63,937 bases of DNA from Vicugna vicugna. Its lineage: Eukaryota. The position numbers and the translations under genes were made by a program. Below the pieces are notes generated by a model. It saw only the letters and a list, made by a program, of their open reading frames with translations, was not told the DNA's origin and did no database searches. Positions 1-12,669 of this stretch are shown one piece after another. The first letter of the stretch is position 1. Every line of letters starts with the position of its first letter. The stretch covers positions 6,712,066 through 6,776,002 of the forward strand of contig MU058213.1 in NCBI GenBank assembly GCA_013265495.1, in the 5' to 3' direction.

Positions 1-134
1 GCAGGTGGACTGAGAATGAAATATTCATTCAGGTCACTCTTTGCAACTTATTCAAGACCATTTAGCTGCACGTGCCTCAGTTTCTTCATCTGTGTGGGAA
101 CCCTGGTTAGGCTTGGTGGAGCCAGCACGAACCT

Positions 135-272
135 TTAAAGAGACAGAGCTGAGTCTGAATCCCAGCCATGTGCTTTGGCGGTTGTGTTACTTAATTTAGT
201 AATCCTCAGTTCTCCTTTCTGCTTAAGAGGACGCAACGCCTACTTCATGGAGGGCTATGCCTGGCACACGGG
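135..272 (+). mobile_element. MIR SINE fragment
   Basis: MIR-like string 'tctgaatcccagcc...cctcagttctcctttctg...cctacttcatggagg...cctggcacac'. Confidence 0.6.
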
Positions 273-1185
273 AGCTCTTCTGCCAAGGACAGGGAGAAAG
301 GCCTGGTAACTCCATCTTTCGCTTGAATGGAGGAGAGAATTGGGTTCCTTTTTATGTTCCCATTGAAGTTGTGCAAAGCGTCACGAAGACATGACACTGA
401 GCATCAGCAACAAGGTTCATGGCTCACCTGTTATGCACCTGCCACAAAAGGGTCTCCTGCCTTCGGCCGCATCAAGCAACAACTTGCTCCAAAGATACGC
501 GTTATCTTGATAATAAAGCCTCCTCTTTCCAGCAATGGGGCTTTTAAATGTTGACAATTTTAGATAAAAAATCTTCCTACAATGTATTTTACAGTAATTA
601 CTCATCATCCTGGCTTCTTAAACTAAACATACTGACCTGCATGTAACTTTCACTGATGTCTCAGCGCCGCACTCCTGTCTTTGGGAGTGTCAGCTCTCTA
701 CCTGCCTTAGTTTGTGTCCCCTCCCTTCCTAGGCTCTGTGGGGTTTTTTTGTTTTTTGGGTTTTTTTTTTTTTTTGCTGCTATTGTACCTGCCTTGAAAA
801 GCAGTCCTTCTCACCTCTGAGTTGCAATAAAATCTGTGCAACAGGATTCCTCAATGCAAACTCTCTCTTTGAGAAATAAGAAGCAAATCTGGAGAGGTGA
901 AGAGAAGCCGTGGAGGTAAGGTCTCCTCGAGGTGTCTAATCGACAATGGACTGGGGAGCTGAGTGAAAGAGCTTAATAGGAATTGCACGGTAAATAAAAA
1001 TCAATAAGGATCAGATGAAAGTCTGCTGAACGAACGGAAGCGCATGGCTTGAGTCCAGCCACGGTGTGGCACTTCCTTTCCTGAGACCCTCAGAAATCTT
1101 TTCTCTATGCCTCGGGGATCAAGAGAGCTGAGGATGCTGGGAAACTGACCTCCAAGTAAGATAGGCCACCTATAGGCGTGCGCAC

Positions 1186-1236
1186 GTGCACACACACACA
1201 CAGCACGTGCTGTATGTGCACAGACAGATACACACC
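1186..1236. repeat. Imperfect (CA)n microsatellite
   Basis: 'gtgcacacacacacacagcac...cacagacagatacacac'. Confidence 0.7.
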
Positions 1237-3354
1237 CCTACATAGACAGGGGAGGAGACTGGGTACCTATATGGCTTAGCTCAACGAAATAAGCCCATTT
1301 AACCCCTGTGGGCTTAAACGGGTCTTGTTTTAAACGATGCACTTTGAGATAACCTGTAGGAGACCTGTGCACTGAATGTGTTAAAGGGCTTGAGAAATCC
1401 ACACAATTGGGTAGTCAAATCCTCACTCTCATTTCCTATCCTTTCCAGCAGCAACTGCCTCAAATGCCTATTGAAGAAAGCTGCCTTTTCTCTCCAACAC
1501 CACGGGACAGCCCGCCAGCGAAGGAACAAATACGGAAACTTTAACAGCATCTCGAGAGCGTTCCCCTCTTTGCTCCGCACCAACTACTGACAATCAATGT
1601 AAAAGTAATCCTAGTTTTTATTTGAAGCTATCTCGGCTTTAAAAGAACCTTCCAAAAAATGATTGATGCGATGAATTAAACCCATAGGTAACCCCTGAAA
1701 TCTGCTTTGAATAGCAACAAATTCCTAACAATATCTTCAACGCCTGCAGCAACGAAATCTAATCTCTGAACTCCTAAAGGTCAAGATTTGCTGTCTGGTA
1801 GCACGGCTCAAGAGTAAATGCTCCCTAATGCTGCGCGAGGCGATTGCTCTGCACTCCAGACAATGTCAATTTTGTCCAAGTAGCTGCAGATGTGTCTAGC
1901 ATTAAGTCAGAATGGTGTCAAGGGCCCTTCTTGAACACCGGCTGCTTCTCCGAGAGACTGGTCCTAAAGCCCCAGTCTATTACAGTCCATGCCCCAAAGG
2001 CAGACATTTAAGGCTTAAAGGAGGATGGAGAATAAAGCTGCATTAGATTTTTTAATGTTTCTGAGTCAGGAGACCCAGGGGAAGAAATTCTCTGGTGATC
2101 CAAATGTCCTTCCCTCTCCCCTCCCATCACTGACAGTCCTTTGGATTCCCTCATCAAGGTGTTGCCATGAAGTCCTACCTCTGAGCTGCTTTCTTGATAA
2201 ACCACTCATCACTGCTCTGGCCCCTTCTAGCTATGGAAAAGCTGTAACAGACTAATGAACCCATTAAATTAAGAAATGTATATGTTACAGGAAGTAACAT
2301 GCCAAGGGAGGGTGTGGGATGGGGGTGGGGGAGCAGAGATTGGACCAACCTCTGAACAGAGTGCTCAGCCAGGGTCCTCAGTCTGCAAATGCATCAGCTC
2401 CTGCATCCCTACCCCAACAAAGACATGCCCCCCCAACACAATACACTTCTTTAGTTTAAACTGGTTTTTTTTATTTTTAAAGCAGGAAAACACTACAACT
2501 GATTTGGAAGCATCCTTAAACTAGAAGATCTGGATGCAGATCTGGATGGTTTTCAAGATTGGTAGGGCTGAGGGTCAACTAGGTGATAGTTCTCATATTT
2601 TACTGAGAAAACCCATTCATCTGTCACTCGGGAGTAATTGATTTTTGCTTCCTTTCATTCTCTGTTCTCTTCGAACTCTGTTAGCCTAGAAATAAGCCAA
2701 TGTCTGCCTGGAGCAGGTTGCCGTGACTTCCCACAGGCATGCCTTTCCCGTGGAGGAAATAGCTCTGATGGCAGGGAAATGGGAATGTCGTTCCTGTGTC
2801 AAACAAAAGACTCTTCTCTTTGGCAGCACATCTCACATTTTTCCCCTGGCAGCATCCGTGACCCAGGAGGAAGGAACATCCCACGTGGAAACTTTCCTGA
2901 GTCTCCTCCTTAGCAACAGATGAGTAACAAGCGGCAGAGGTTATCATCAATTCATTCCGGATCGTCTCTGTCCGGAACACAATGTATTCTACAGATGAAG
3001 TGTCATTTGTTCTGTGAAATCGACAAAGGAGGGGAGCCTAATTTCTCTGCATCAAGAAATGCGGCATTATTGAAAACCCTGGGTTTGATTTTCTTCTTTA
3101 TCTCATGCTTTGGGCCCTTCTTTATTGCCAACAACTTGCATTAGAGGCCAAGTACCACCTGGGAGGAATGCTAAGTTAAACCAGGGGTGTAAACTACAGA
3201 ATCTAGGTAACATAAGTGAGTGGAAGGAGAAGGTTTACAACGATAGTGAGTGGTGGGACTGGTGGGACTTACTCAGCTTTGAGCCCAGTGTTGCCAGGTA
3301 GAAAGGCTTCCTTGCAACGCTGGAAAATCTTGAGGTTTTGCTTTTTTGTTTGTT

Positions 3355-3503
3355 TTTTAATAAGAAGAGAAATCCAGATTTTTATTGTGGGCAAAATCTC
3401 CAGACTGCTGATATTGGCACATTTTTTTAAAAAACATGGTGTAGGGCAAACAAACTTTAGCTGCCTACCACGGCTAGCCCGTGGGAAGCCATTTGTGATT
3501 TCT
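3355..3503. mobile_element. hAT-Charlie non-autonomous element fragment (MER102-like)
   Basis: 'agaaatccagatttttattgtg...aaatctcc...ggcaaacaaac...gcccgtgggaagccatttgtgatttctg' resembles a Charlie-type terminus. Confidence 0.55.
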
Positions 3504-3835
3504 GCTTTAAGCCCATTTACAGCCCAGCTCAAGTGGGGTCACTTGACCAATCAGAAGTGTTGGTGGGGAGATCAGGAATGGTGGAGGGGCAGCATAAAAT
3601 CTGTCCAGAATTGGACCAGTTGGAGGAAAATCCAACCCGCATGTCCATACAGTCCTGCAGCTTCAGCAAATCCCGGGATTGTACATGTGGGAGTGGACTG
3701 AAAGGCCTCTTATTCTCCAAGTGGGAATACGGGCATACTTAGTGCCAGAAAGGTCTAAAACTAGGGGTCGCAGCTGAAGAGGTTAAGAAAGGTGAACTGT
3801 GAATGCAGAGAGCCCAAGGTCTAAACCAGGGATGC

Positions 3836-4190
3836 TGCTATGTACTGAATGTGTGCGTCCCCACTCCCCAAATTCATATGTTGAAGCCCAGATCCCCAAT
3901 GTGATGGTATTTGAAGGTGGGGCCTTTGAAAGGTAACTGGGTTTAGATGAGGTCGTGGGGTTGGAGCCCCGGAATTGGTTCTCTCTCTCTCTCTCTTCTC
4001 TCCCTTTCTCTCCCTCCCCTCTCTGTTATGTAAGGATACAAGAAAGCAGCCATCTGTAAACCAGGAAGAAGGCCCTCATGCTGTCACCCTGGTCTCACAC
4101 ATCCAGCCTCCAGAGCTGTGAGAAACAGTTCACTGTTTAAGCCACCCCATGCAGGATATCCTGTCATTGCTGCCTGCACTGATGAAGACA
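3836..4190 (+). mobile_element. MaLR solo LTR (MLT1A/B-like)
   Basis: Starts TGCTATG, has 'ccccaaattcatatgttgaa...aatgtgatggtatttg', 'ccagcctccagagctgtgagaaa', 'tttaagccaccc', ends 'aagaca'. Confidence 0.9.
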
Positions 4191-4689
4191 GTCGCTAAGC
4201 AGGATTCATCACACCTGCCAACTCCAACAGACCAGAGGCAGGGTTGGGGGTGGAGCTGGGAGGAAGGGGCGCTCAGGCAGTGGTATCTCCAGTGCAGCAC
4301 CCTTGTCACCCTTGGTCTGAAGGAGCCCAAGATTAGAGAGATTCCCAGACAGTGAGCTTTTCCTGGGCCAGCCAGGGGCTCCACTTCCACAGCATAATCA
4401 CAAGTGTCAGAGTTCCACTGCTTTGTCTCTTTAAGCCACGTTTAGAGTGATTACGTAGAATACATCAGAATTTAGCTTAACATCACGCATTTTGAAACAA
4501 TAAAGAGCACCCCTCACATTGGAAAGAATAGTTTAAAATACAGAGTCTAAAGTGAACCACTCAAATTCTGTGACTATATAGAAAACAATCAAGTGCCAAC
4601 AGGTATCAGGGTCTGTCGGCCCCACACCTGGCCCGCCCTTAATATGTGAATATTCGAATGATGTCTTTTTTCCCCTCTGTGGAAACCAC

Positions 4690-5058
4690 CGCAGTGGACA
4701 CGGTAGGGCACTGCCCACGTCCCCTTCAGCACCCAGAATCCACTTTCCCAGCTGCTGGGAGCGCTGGCCCTGGAGGCTCACCCTGAGTCCCCCCCAGGAC
4801 CTACCTTCAGCCGCGGAGCTGCTCCTGGCGCAACTTCCATTCAGTGGCTGGTCAAGTGAGGGTATGACGCCCTGAGCTCTCTTACCTCAACTGGGACAAC
4901 TCTGCAGGGCCTTCCGAGTTCCCAGACTCCTGTAAGATCACCTGGAAGCCTCTGGGGTAACTACGTTGCAGTTCAAGTCCTCCTGTGCCCCATTCTCCCT
5001 CCTTCGTTCTCCGTTCTGCACGTGTCTCAGAATGTTTCCTGAAAAACTGACATACAAC
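4690..5058 (+). mobile_element. ERVL LTR (LTR16-like)
   Basis: 'actttcccagctgctgggag', 'ctcaactgggacaactctgcagggcc', 'gcagttcaagtcctcctgtgccc', end 'tctcagaatgtttcctg...acaaca'. Confidence 0.75.
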
Positions 5059-5339
5059 ACGGATCTAGTTTAAATATAGGAGAATAACAGAATATCGAAG
5101 GTGCTGTATGCTGGGCTAATTTTAAATGGCTTTCACACTGCAGGAATAAAACTGCAACTTTAGGGAGGCAAGAAAGATGTTATGCCAATTATAATGAAAA
5201 AGTTCCCATTTTTCAATGACATTCAGCTCTACTTATGTGTAGGGAACACATGTTTCAGTTTATCTAGGATGTCTCTTTGTTCATTTGAGGGACTTCTCCC
5301 TACTCCAATCACGAGATTGGTGCCAACCGTGATACCCAA

Positions 5340-5808
5340 GTCCACAGAGGCAGGAGGAGGCAAGTAACCGTGGTCTGGCCAAGTCCTGGTTCCCCATGTC
5401 CTGTCTCTAGTGATTAGTCCGAGAGAAGAGCATGTGACCAAGGCAGAGCCAATCAGAGTCATTCCGTGGGATTTGTTAGTACATACCAAGAAAGACAGGC
5501 TATGTCTTTCCCCTTCCATCATAAATTCTGATCATGTAGCCTGGAGCTGCTAGCGGCCAGGTACCTCACTGCTCATCTACAGTAGAAAAGAGTAAGATCA
5601 ACACGCAGAGACAAGCAGGGCCAAGAGGGGAAGAGATAATGAGCAAGAAGACCATACTGTACATGCCCTTGGATCCAACATGCTTGAGGTCAGAACTAAC
5701 CCTGGACATCCCAGTTACATGAGCTGAAAATATTCCCGTTCATCTTGCTTAAGCCATGTTGAGTTGGCATGTTCGTCACTTGCAGCTGAAAGAGTCCTGA
5801 CTGATTCA
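5340..5808 (+). mobile_element. MaLR LTR (old MLT1J/K/L-like)
   Basis: 'gcatgtgaccaaggcagagccaatcagag', 'ccctggacatcccagttacatgagc', 'gcttaagcca...cacttgcagctgaaagagtcctgactgattca'. Confidence 0.8.
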
Positions 5809-6094
5809 CTGCATCAATCATCCCGTCAGAGACAGAGTAAAAGAAAACCAAATAACCACCCTAAGGGGCAACAGCAAAGTAGGGGTCCCTAGCATCAGAG
5901 CCCAAGAGTTCTACTGAATCCCAGCAGAGTAATGTAGCCACGAAACAAAGGGGACGCATCCCAGGGAAGCTTTTGGTTAAAAGTTCAAATCTAGAAGTCA
6001 AATTAATATAGGCAGACTATAGAACAAAGGCAGAAATAAAATAGTGTTTGGAGTATAAAAAAAAATCACTGATGGCCCATGAAAATGAAAACAA

Positions 6095-6168
6095 GTGGTA
6101 ACTCTATTTTTAGATTTTTAAATGAACCTCTACACTGTTTTCCATAGTGGCTGCACCGCATTACATTT
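6095..6168 (-). mobile_element. Short internal LINE-1 ORF2 fragment
   Basis: 'ggtaactctatttttagattttt...aacctctacactgttttccatagtggctgcacc' is antisense L1; homologous to 38041-38105. Confidence 0.8.
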
Positions 6169-6429
6169 GGGACATTCTCCCAATCATCAGATGTGGGAAA
6201 TGATAAGGAAAGGACCGAGGTTTCATCACCACCTGGTCAGAACAGAGGCTGCATTTCCTGTAAACAATAAACTCAGTAACTCAGGGGACACAATCACTAT
6301 ATATTTTCTAAAATTTTGGTCAGAATTACATGACTTAGAATAGATAAGAATCCTCGTGTATTAACTAATAGGCACAAACCTTTGGCAGTACAACAAACAG
6401 CAGGTGCTTCTATGTGACACGTTGAATGC

Positions 6430-7135
6430 TTTATGCATTTTTACAAAAATACTGAATTAAGTCATATATTCTATGAATCTCTACAAAATACATGAATAAG
6501 GATAACACAAAATTCACATACCAGGTGCCCACCATGAGGACTTTGACAAAAAAATGCATCATATAACTCAAAGAGTAATGAAGATTAGTTCTTGCACAAG
6601 AAAACTTAAAATGTGCTGAAGGCTGGTATGTCTGAAATGAAAGAAACTGAGATTTTACCCCCCCATTTAAAAACAGTTCTAAAAATGTAGGTGACATTAC
6701 CAACCACAATTTGTGAAGCTGAAAATAAAAAAAGATTTTCTAAATGGTCAATAAGTGAAAAAAAATTTTCATCAACTGTATTAAAAGAAATAACCTTTTG
6801 AGTTTTCTCTATAGAAAATATTGAAAAATTGTCATTTGAGAAAGCAAAGTATTTGCAGCCAGAAAATATTGGGGGAAATATTTTAGAAATATTATAGAAA
6901 TAGGCCAAGCAGATAATTAATGTTGGGCCTAGTTAAAGTTATTTTTTCTATATACCATTTTGTGATGCTTACATATCATTTTAAAATTCATCATTTATTT
7001 TTATTTCTATAATCATTCTAAATAAATGTACCCACTCATATGTAATTTTCTATCTGTAATTTTGGATTTTTCAGTAAGAACCGCCCCCCCGCCCCAGACT
7101 ATATAAGCATCAAGCCCTACAAAACCTGTTCCTAG
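6430..7135 (+). mobile_element. hAT DNA transposon 3' part with decayed transposase C-terminus (hAT-Tip100/Zaphod-like)
   Basis: From 6673 translates TVLKM*VTLPTTICEAENKKRFSKWSISEKKFSSTVLKE (hAT dimerisation motif LPVTSCxAERxFS...RSTM); terminus 'ataagcatcaagccctacaaaacctg'; left edge uncertain. Confidence 0.7.
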
Positions 7136-9092
7136 GGTTGGATTTCTTCCACCGGACAAGGGACAAAGTTCAGAAGGGACGAGGTCTTGAACCAGCCCTC
7201 CTGGTCCCAACCCAATGACTATGGCAAAGGTTTACACTTTTGTTACCCGCCTTCATAGCCAGTTAAGGAGACTTCATCCTTATTCAAGGGACTCACTCCT
7301 TCTGCGACACCTTTCTACCTGCTTGCTGAAATCTACCTGGGGCCTGGAATTTTTTTAATACAAGTTAAAGAATCCTGTTTTCCTATGAGTCAGCTTAAAA
7401 TGCAAATGTTTGGTTTGATTAAATCGTCAGTATAAACTGGCTTCACTTTTCACTGTAAGGTGTGGGATGGGGAGCTGGGGGTTGGAGATGGACCTAAGAT
7501 CTTAGGAAAGAGGAGGGAAGGGGAAGAGAGAAGAGGCAGCAGGAAGGAGGAATGAGAGTGACGACCCTCCCCACCTAGGGGAGATGGAAGGTCGCAGAAA
7601 TGGAAAAGGGAACAGGGAACAACACAGACTAACAACCTGTGTCCCCTCACCTTCAGCCCAGCGGTGCCAAGCAGCAGCTGTGCGCCAAGGGTGGCTGGCA
7701 CGTGGCTGTCTGCGCTGGTGTCACGGCTGCATGATCCATGGAATGTTTCTGAGCACAGCCCCACATCCTATAAAGAAGGTTCATTCCCTGGGGATTCGCT
7801 CATCAAGGAGCACTGTGCAAACACCACTACCTGTGGGATGTTAATCGTGTCTGCAAGCAGGAGAGACGCAGGGCATCACCGTTTAGCGGAGAGCGAGATT
7901 CGCTCACAGTCATAAAAGAAACTTTGCCTTCATGTCGAAAAGACCCCTTTGCTAACAATAAGCAACTTTTCTTAGGAAGGAATTTTGATATTTGAAAAGT
8001 GGATTCTGTACTTAACTAAAAAGTGAGTACTTTCTTCGAGCTCCTAGGTGTCTCGTGGTCAGGGTCTTCCTGGAATGAGGGAGCAGGCTGTGTTAGCTGA
8101 TTCCAGCCTGAGTGCTGGGCACTGTCCGTTTATTTCCACGAGTTGTTTGTGCATGTGGGTTGTTACAGGTGAAGGAGAAAGATGGGGCTTTTCAGGCGAT
8201 GGTGTGCTACCAGCCCCTACTCCCCGGGACCCACGTTCAGCCCCAGAGGGGAGAGGTGGGGCCAGACGGGCAGCAAGCTGCTTCCATAAAGGTGGCTTGA
8301 GGCTCTGCGCACACGCGGTGCTGTGGGGCCTGGGAGACAAAGAACAGCCCAGAGCTGGGACAGGAGCAACCTCCTGGGCTTGGGAACATCAGGAAGTGGC
8401 ACCTGGCCTGGACACGCAGGCAGCTGCCCTAGTGGCACAGTGACGAGGAAGAGGTCAGAGGAGGGGAGGAGGATAGGAGAGGAGGACTGGTGGTGATGGA
8501 AGCTGATGCAGAGTCATGACCCGCAGGTCAAGCTGGTCGAGGAATCTATGTGGCTTCATCCTCTCTGACTCTCACATGAACTAGATCTCACCGTTCCTAA
8601 GATTGGGAAAAAGGGGTCCTCCAAGGAACAGGAGAGAAGAGGCAGTGTTTTTCCCACACTTAAAACTAACTGCCCACAGTCCACTCCAAGGACAGGAGAC
8701 CCTCCTGCATGGAGGGCAGCCCAGAGCCGTCTCATCACCCCAGTGACAGGGCAGGGAACAATCCAGTATGAGACAATTGGGCCAGGACCCTCAGAACCGA
8801 AACACGGAGAAGCCAGAGAGATGCATTTTAAGAGGGGGCTCTCCTCTAGGAGAACACACTGAGAAGCCAGCCCCAGCGCCTTTGATTTCATCCCCCACCC
8901 TGGAGGGGGGAATGGAGAGGCTGGGAAGCATGTCCTGAGCCCTTGCTTCCCAGATGCTGACCTTAGAACTCATCCTCCAGGACAGAGATTTCCAGTGGGT
9001 CTGTGGAATCAGACAGACCCCCAGGGATTGTTCTGGGACTGAGGACAAATATCTTCCTTCTGTTCCCCAATCTCCACCCCCTTGCAACAGCG

Positions 9093-9160
9093 TCATATCA
9101 GTCAGGACTCTTATGATCACAAAAGGCAGAAACTCACTGAAACTGACTTTAGCCACAAAA
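9093..9160 (-). mobile_element. MLT1 LTR terminal fragment
   Basis: 'atcagtcaggactctt...cagaaactcactgaaactgactttagc' is the reverse complement of an MLT1K/L-type 3' end (cf. 5745-5808). Confidence 0.55.
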
Positions 9161-10190
9161 TTGGCGGGGGTGGCGGTGCTGGAGGAGGAGAATTGCTCGT
9201 ATCATGGAGATGTCCAGTTTTACTTGTCCTTAGGCTTGGTTCTGGGCTCTATCAAAGGCACCTGTCCAGACAGCAAACTCACTTCAGGTGGGGAGAACGA
9301 ACATCCGAGAGGGCGGAAGGGAAAGGTCAGGATATCCAGCAGCTCTCAGCCTTTAGTAAGAAAGGACTCCAGGAGAGCGGCTCGTTAAAAACACCACAGC
9401 CAAAGCAAGATAGAAAGGTGCTTCAGGCTGCCTGCCTTTGCCCTGGAACATAGATGTGCTTCAGAAAATAAAGAAAAAAAAAAAGGAAAGAAATAAGAGA
9501 AAGCTATGGATAAGAACCAGTATAATAAATGAGAGAAAAAGCTATTGCTTCCAGCCGTATAATATATGAATTTCCTCCACTTGTCAGCTTGTCAAAAATG
9601 GGATCCCGATTCCTCTCAGTCAATGTCAAGCCTTTCTCGCCTAGTTAACATTAATAAAGGGAGGCAGGGAAGAGGGGAGGGTAGCACTGGGTAAGTTCTG
9701 GGGGAGCACTGCTTTAGAAAAGCACATTAACCCTTTTTGCCTGTTCCTGCTCCTGCGGGGGAGATAGAACAGGTGGGCTTAATTGGCTCTGAGCAAAGTC
9801 CTTGAAATTCCCTAGGAAGCTATGCAACCAGATGTCACTCTATGGCACGAAGTGTTAAAGAGGCATCTTTGTAACCAGTCCAGTGGAAGGTGAATGACAG
9901 ATTTGTCTTATGGAAACTAAGCTCCCACCCTCACTTGACAGATCCCTCCCCAGGAAAAAGACAAAGCACTAACCGTAAACGTTTACAATCTAAGTTCTAA
10001 GGGTAGCACACAAGGGTTGCCATGAAGTTAAAGGGATCTTGTCAAAACAGTAATATCCGTCACAATTCCCGCACCTCCCCCCATCCCATCCACCACCACG
10101 TTCTCTCTCATGTTTCCTGATCTTTAAGGCTAGGTCAGATTTCCTTATGGTATCTTGGGAAGACCAATTTGCCCGGAGACAAAAGTCCTA

Positions 10191-10253
10191 GATTTAAAAA
10201 AAAATTTTAAATTGAAGTATAGTCAGTTTACAGAAATTGACACAACATTGTAA
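10191..10253 (-). mobile_element. Very short L1 3'-end insertion with internal inversion, flanked by 10-bp direct repeat
   Basis: 'ttttaaattgaagtatagtcagtttaca' (antisense tail) joined to 'gaaattgacacaacattgtaaa' (sense); 'aaaagtccta' at 10181-10190 and 10252-10261. Confidence 0.8.
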
Positions 10254-10261
10254 AAGTCCTA

Positions 10262-10405
10262 CTGTTGAATTCTGTTTTCACCATTTGCAATCTGTATGAT
10301 CCTTGGCACATCAGTTATCTACTCTGAGCCTCTGTTTCCTTCACCATCAGGTAGGACTACTTTATGTCATGTCTGCCTCCCAGGATTACCAGAAAGACCA
10401 AATGT
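10262..10405 (+). mobile_element. MIR SINE
   Basis: 'ctgtatgatccttggcaca...ctctgagcctctgtttcct...ctgcctcccaggatt'. Confidence 0.7.
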
Positions 10406-11589
10406 TTTCATTTGCTGGACACTTGCCAGACACCCACTTTGTACAGGAATGGGCATCCAGGTGAGAGGCACGTGGAGGAATGTAGATGTGAACTAGGCTC
10501 AGTTCCCATTTCAGGGGAACTCTGGACGGTCATTGTACAGGACTGTACTCTGTAAACGGAAGAGCTCTTCACAAAGGGACACCCTTCCATTTTCTGTTGC
10601 ACAATCTGTCACTGTCCTCTAACTCAATCTGGATTTTGCCAAGCCCTTGTTCTCCAGGAGAGTTTCGTCTACCTTGCTTTGGTCCCAGCTTCTTTCTTTT
10701 CATTCACTTCTAAAGTCATGGCTTCTAAATGAGCTTCCCTTGCAAGCAGAGAAGTTCCCAGTTTTCCTTCCAGGTTCATCTTTATGGAACATGACCTCTA
10801 GCAGGGGTAGCTCTTCTACTGAGACTCTACTCCTGGGTCCAACATAGAGTCTCCAACCAAGATGAGCCAATATGCAGATGTAGCTTCTACCCAGAAATTC
10901 AGATTTGGGACACTGAAAGAGGGACAGAAAGAAGCAGTCATGTGCAGGGGTGGCATGTGAATAATGAACTTCAAAATGGAGATCTGTCCCTTCGCCTGGT
11001 GTGTCCCCAGAGCTGCTCCAGTGACTGTCTGGGAGACCTCCCTGCACGGTCTGTTTTATTTACTTTAGTAGGACCGGGGTTTTGTTCCTTATGAACAAAT
11101 AATCTCTGTCTGACATCCTGTCCCAGACAAGCATGGCCCTAGGACACTGGCCTCAGGCTGGTCTGCAACAGATGTCTGAGTTTAGCCCGGCAGTGAGCCA
11201 TATGTCTGTGTCTGCAGCATACCAAGCTGTAGCCAGCTTTTTTTTTTAATGTAATACATGAAAAAGAATAAGCTATTGAAGAACTAACCCAATATAAACA
11301 GAGTCACCCATTGGAAGCAGCAGCTGAAACCGTCCCAACAACATTCATCTGTTAAAAACATTTACCTCCAGTCAACATGTTAAGAAGGTACAGTGCTGGT
11401 CCAGGCCATCGGACTGGCCTCTGTCTCAGTTCCCCTCACTACACCCTATGCTGCCAGTATTACCAGAGTCGGGCACTGAACTAAAGAACCCACTTTTAAT
11501 GAGTAATCACAACAGTATGTCAAAGGCAGCTTTAAAAACGTGTTCAAGACGGAGAGCTAACAGATGGGAGTGGCCAGCATGACGAATGA

Positions 11590-11705
11590 CAGGAAAGGCT
11601 TTCTAGAAAAAGCTGGGTTTTGAAAACTGAACAGGAGTTTGTCAGGCAAACAGGGTGAAGTTAGAGAGGGAGAAAGGAGAACGTCTGAGGAAGAGGGCAT
11701 AGCAT
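11590..11705 (-). mobile_element. L2 fragment
   Basis: 'caggaaaggctttctagaaaaagctgggttttgaaaactgaacaggagtttgtcaggcaaa'. Confidence 0.55.
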
Positions 11706-12669
11706 CACCCAGGATCACAATCCTTCAACCTCTGCCCCTGCCCCTCAGGACTACCCACCACCCAGACTACTCTGGCCTCTGTGTTCTGATCGCCAAAATG
11801 GGTCCCCTGGACGGCACCGGAACCTGCCACAGCTTCCACTCCTGCAGACTCGGAGTTTCACATCCTGGGCTAGGCTTGCAGAGGCCAGAAGCCCCTGCTC
11901 CCGAGTGCCTTCCGCCAGGCCTTGTCCGTGGTCCTGATTTACTCCTCCTCTCCCAGTCTTTTGGTTGAGATCCCAGCACGTTCAATTTCCAGATTTATCC
12001 GAGGCATGACCCTGAGGATGCTGGGAATGTTTCCTGCAGGGTGGTAGGGCCAGGAAGTAAACTAGAACTTGCAGGATAAGATTTCTATGGATGGCATACA
12101 GAAAAAATTTGAGGTGGGGGGTTGGAGGTAGACAGGAGGTGAGCTGACCCTGGGCACTGTGAGGGAGTGGGGTATTCTTCACCAAGAAGGATGAGGAGCA
12201 ACCTAAGAGAGAGGGATTTACGTTGGGAAAGCCACTATTTCAAACAGAAATTTCCTGAGCAACCTGTCACACAAAGGCACTGAGGGCATGGTGTACCTAA
12301 ACAGCTCTGAGAGTGAGACCTTATCCCACCATGGGTCAGAGTTGAGTGACATTTTAAAGCTCCAATTTGTCCTAAGTGAACCAACGTGCAGAACTAACGA
12401 GGTCATCAATTTTTCTTCCAGCTAATGAACTCGTCAGGAAGGGGGTGATGCGGGAAGATGATGAGCTGAGCAACCAAACCTGATTAAATAGTTTCATCTT
12501 CATCAAAGAGTCAGACACAGAACTGAAGCCCCATTATTCACTGGAAGGAGATAATTACACAGAAAAGGCTGCCATCAGGACACCACTCCCCTCACCCAAC
12601 TGGCTGTATTCCCTTGGGTACCAGGAGTGTGTCAGACCTGGGAATTCAACAACTGTTGATGGGCAGCTT

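Noticed and set aside
826..831. AATAAA after a T-rich tract as a gene 3' end
   Set aside because: No identifiable upstream terminal exon and no clear downstream GU-rich element. The hexamer is common.
1492..1516. REST/RE1-like site 'tccaacaccacgggacagcccgcc'
   Set aside because: Left half has two mismatches and the spacer is 3 nt rather than the canonical 2.
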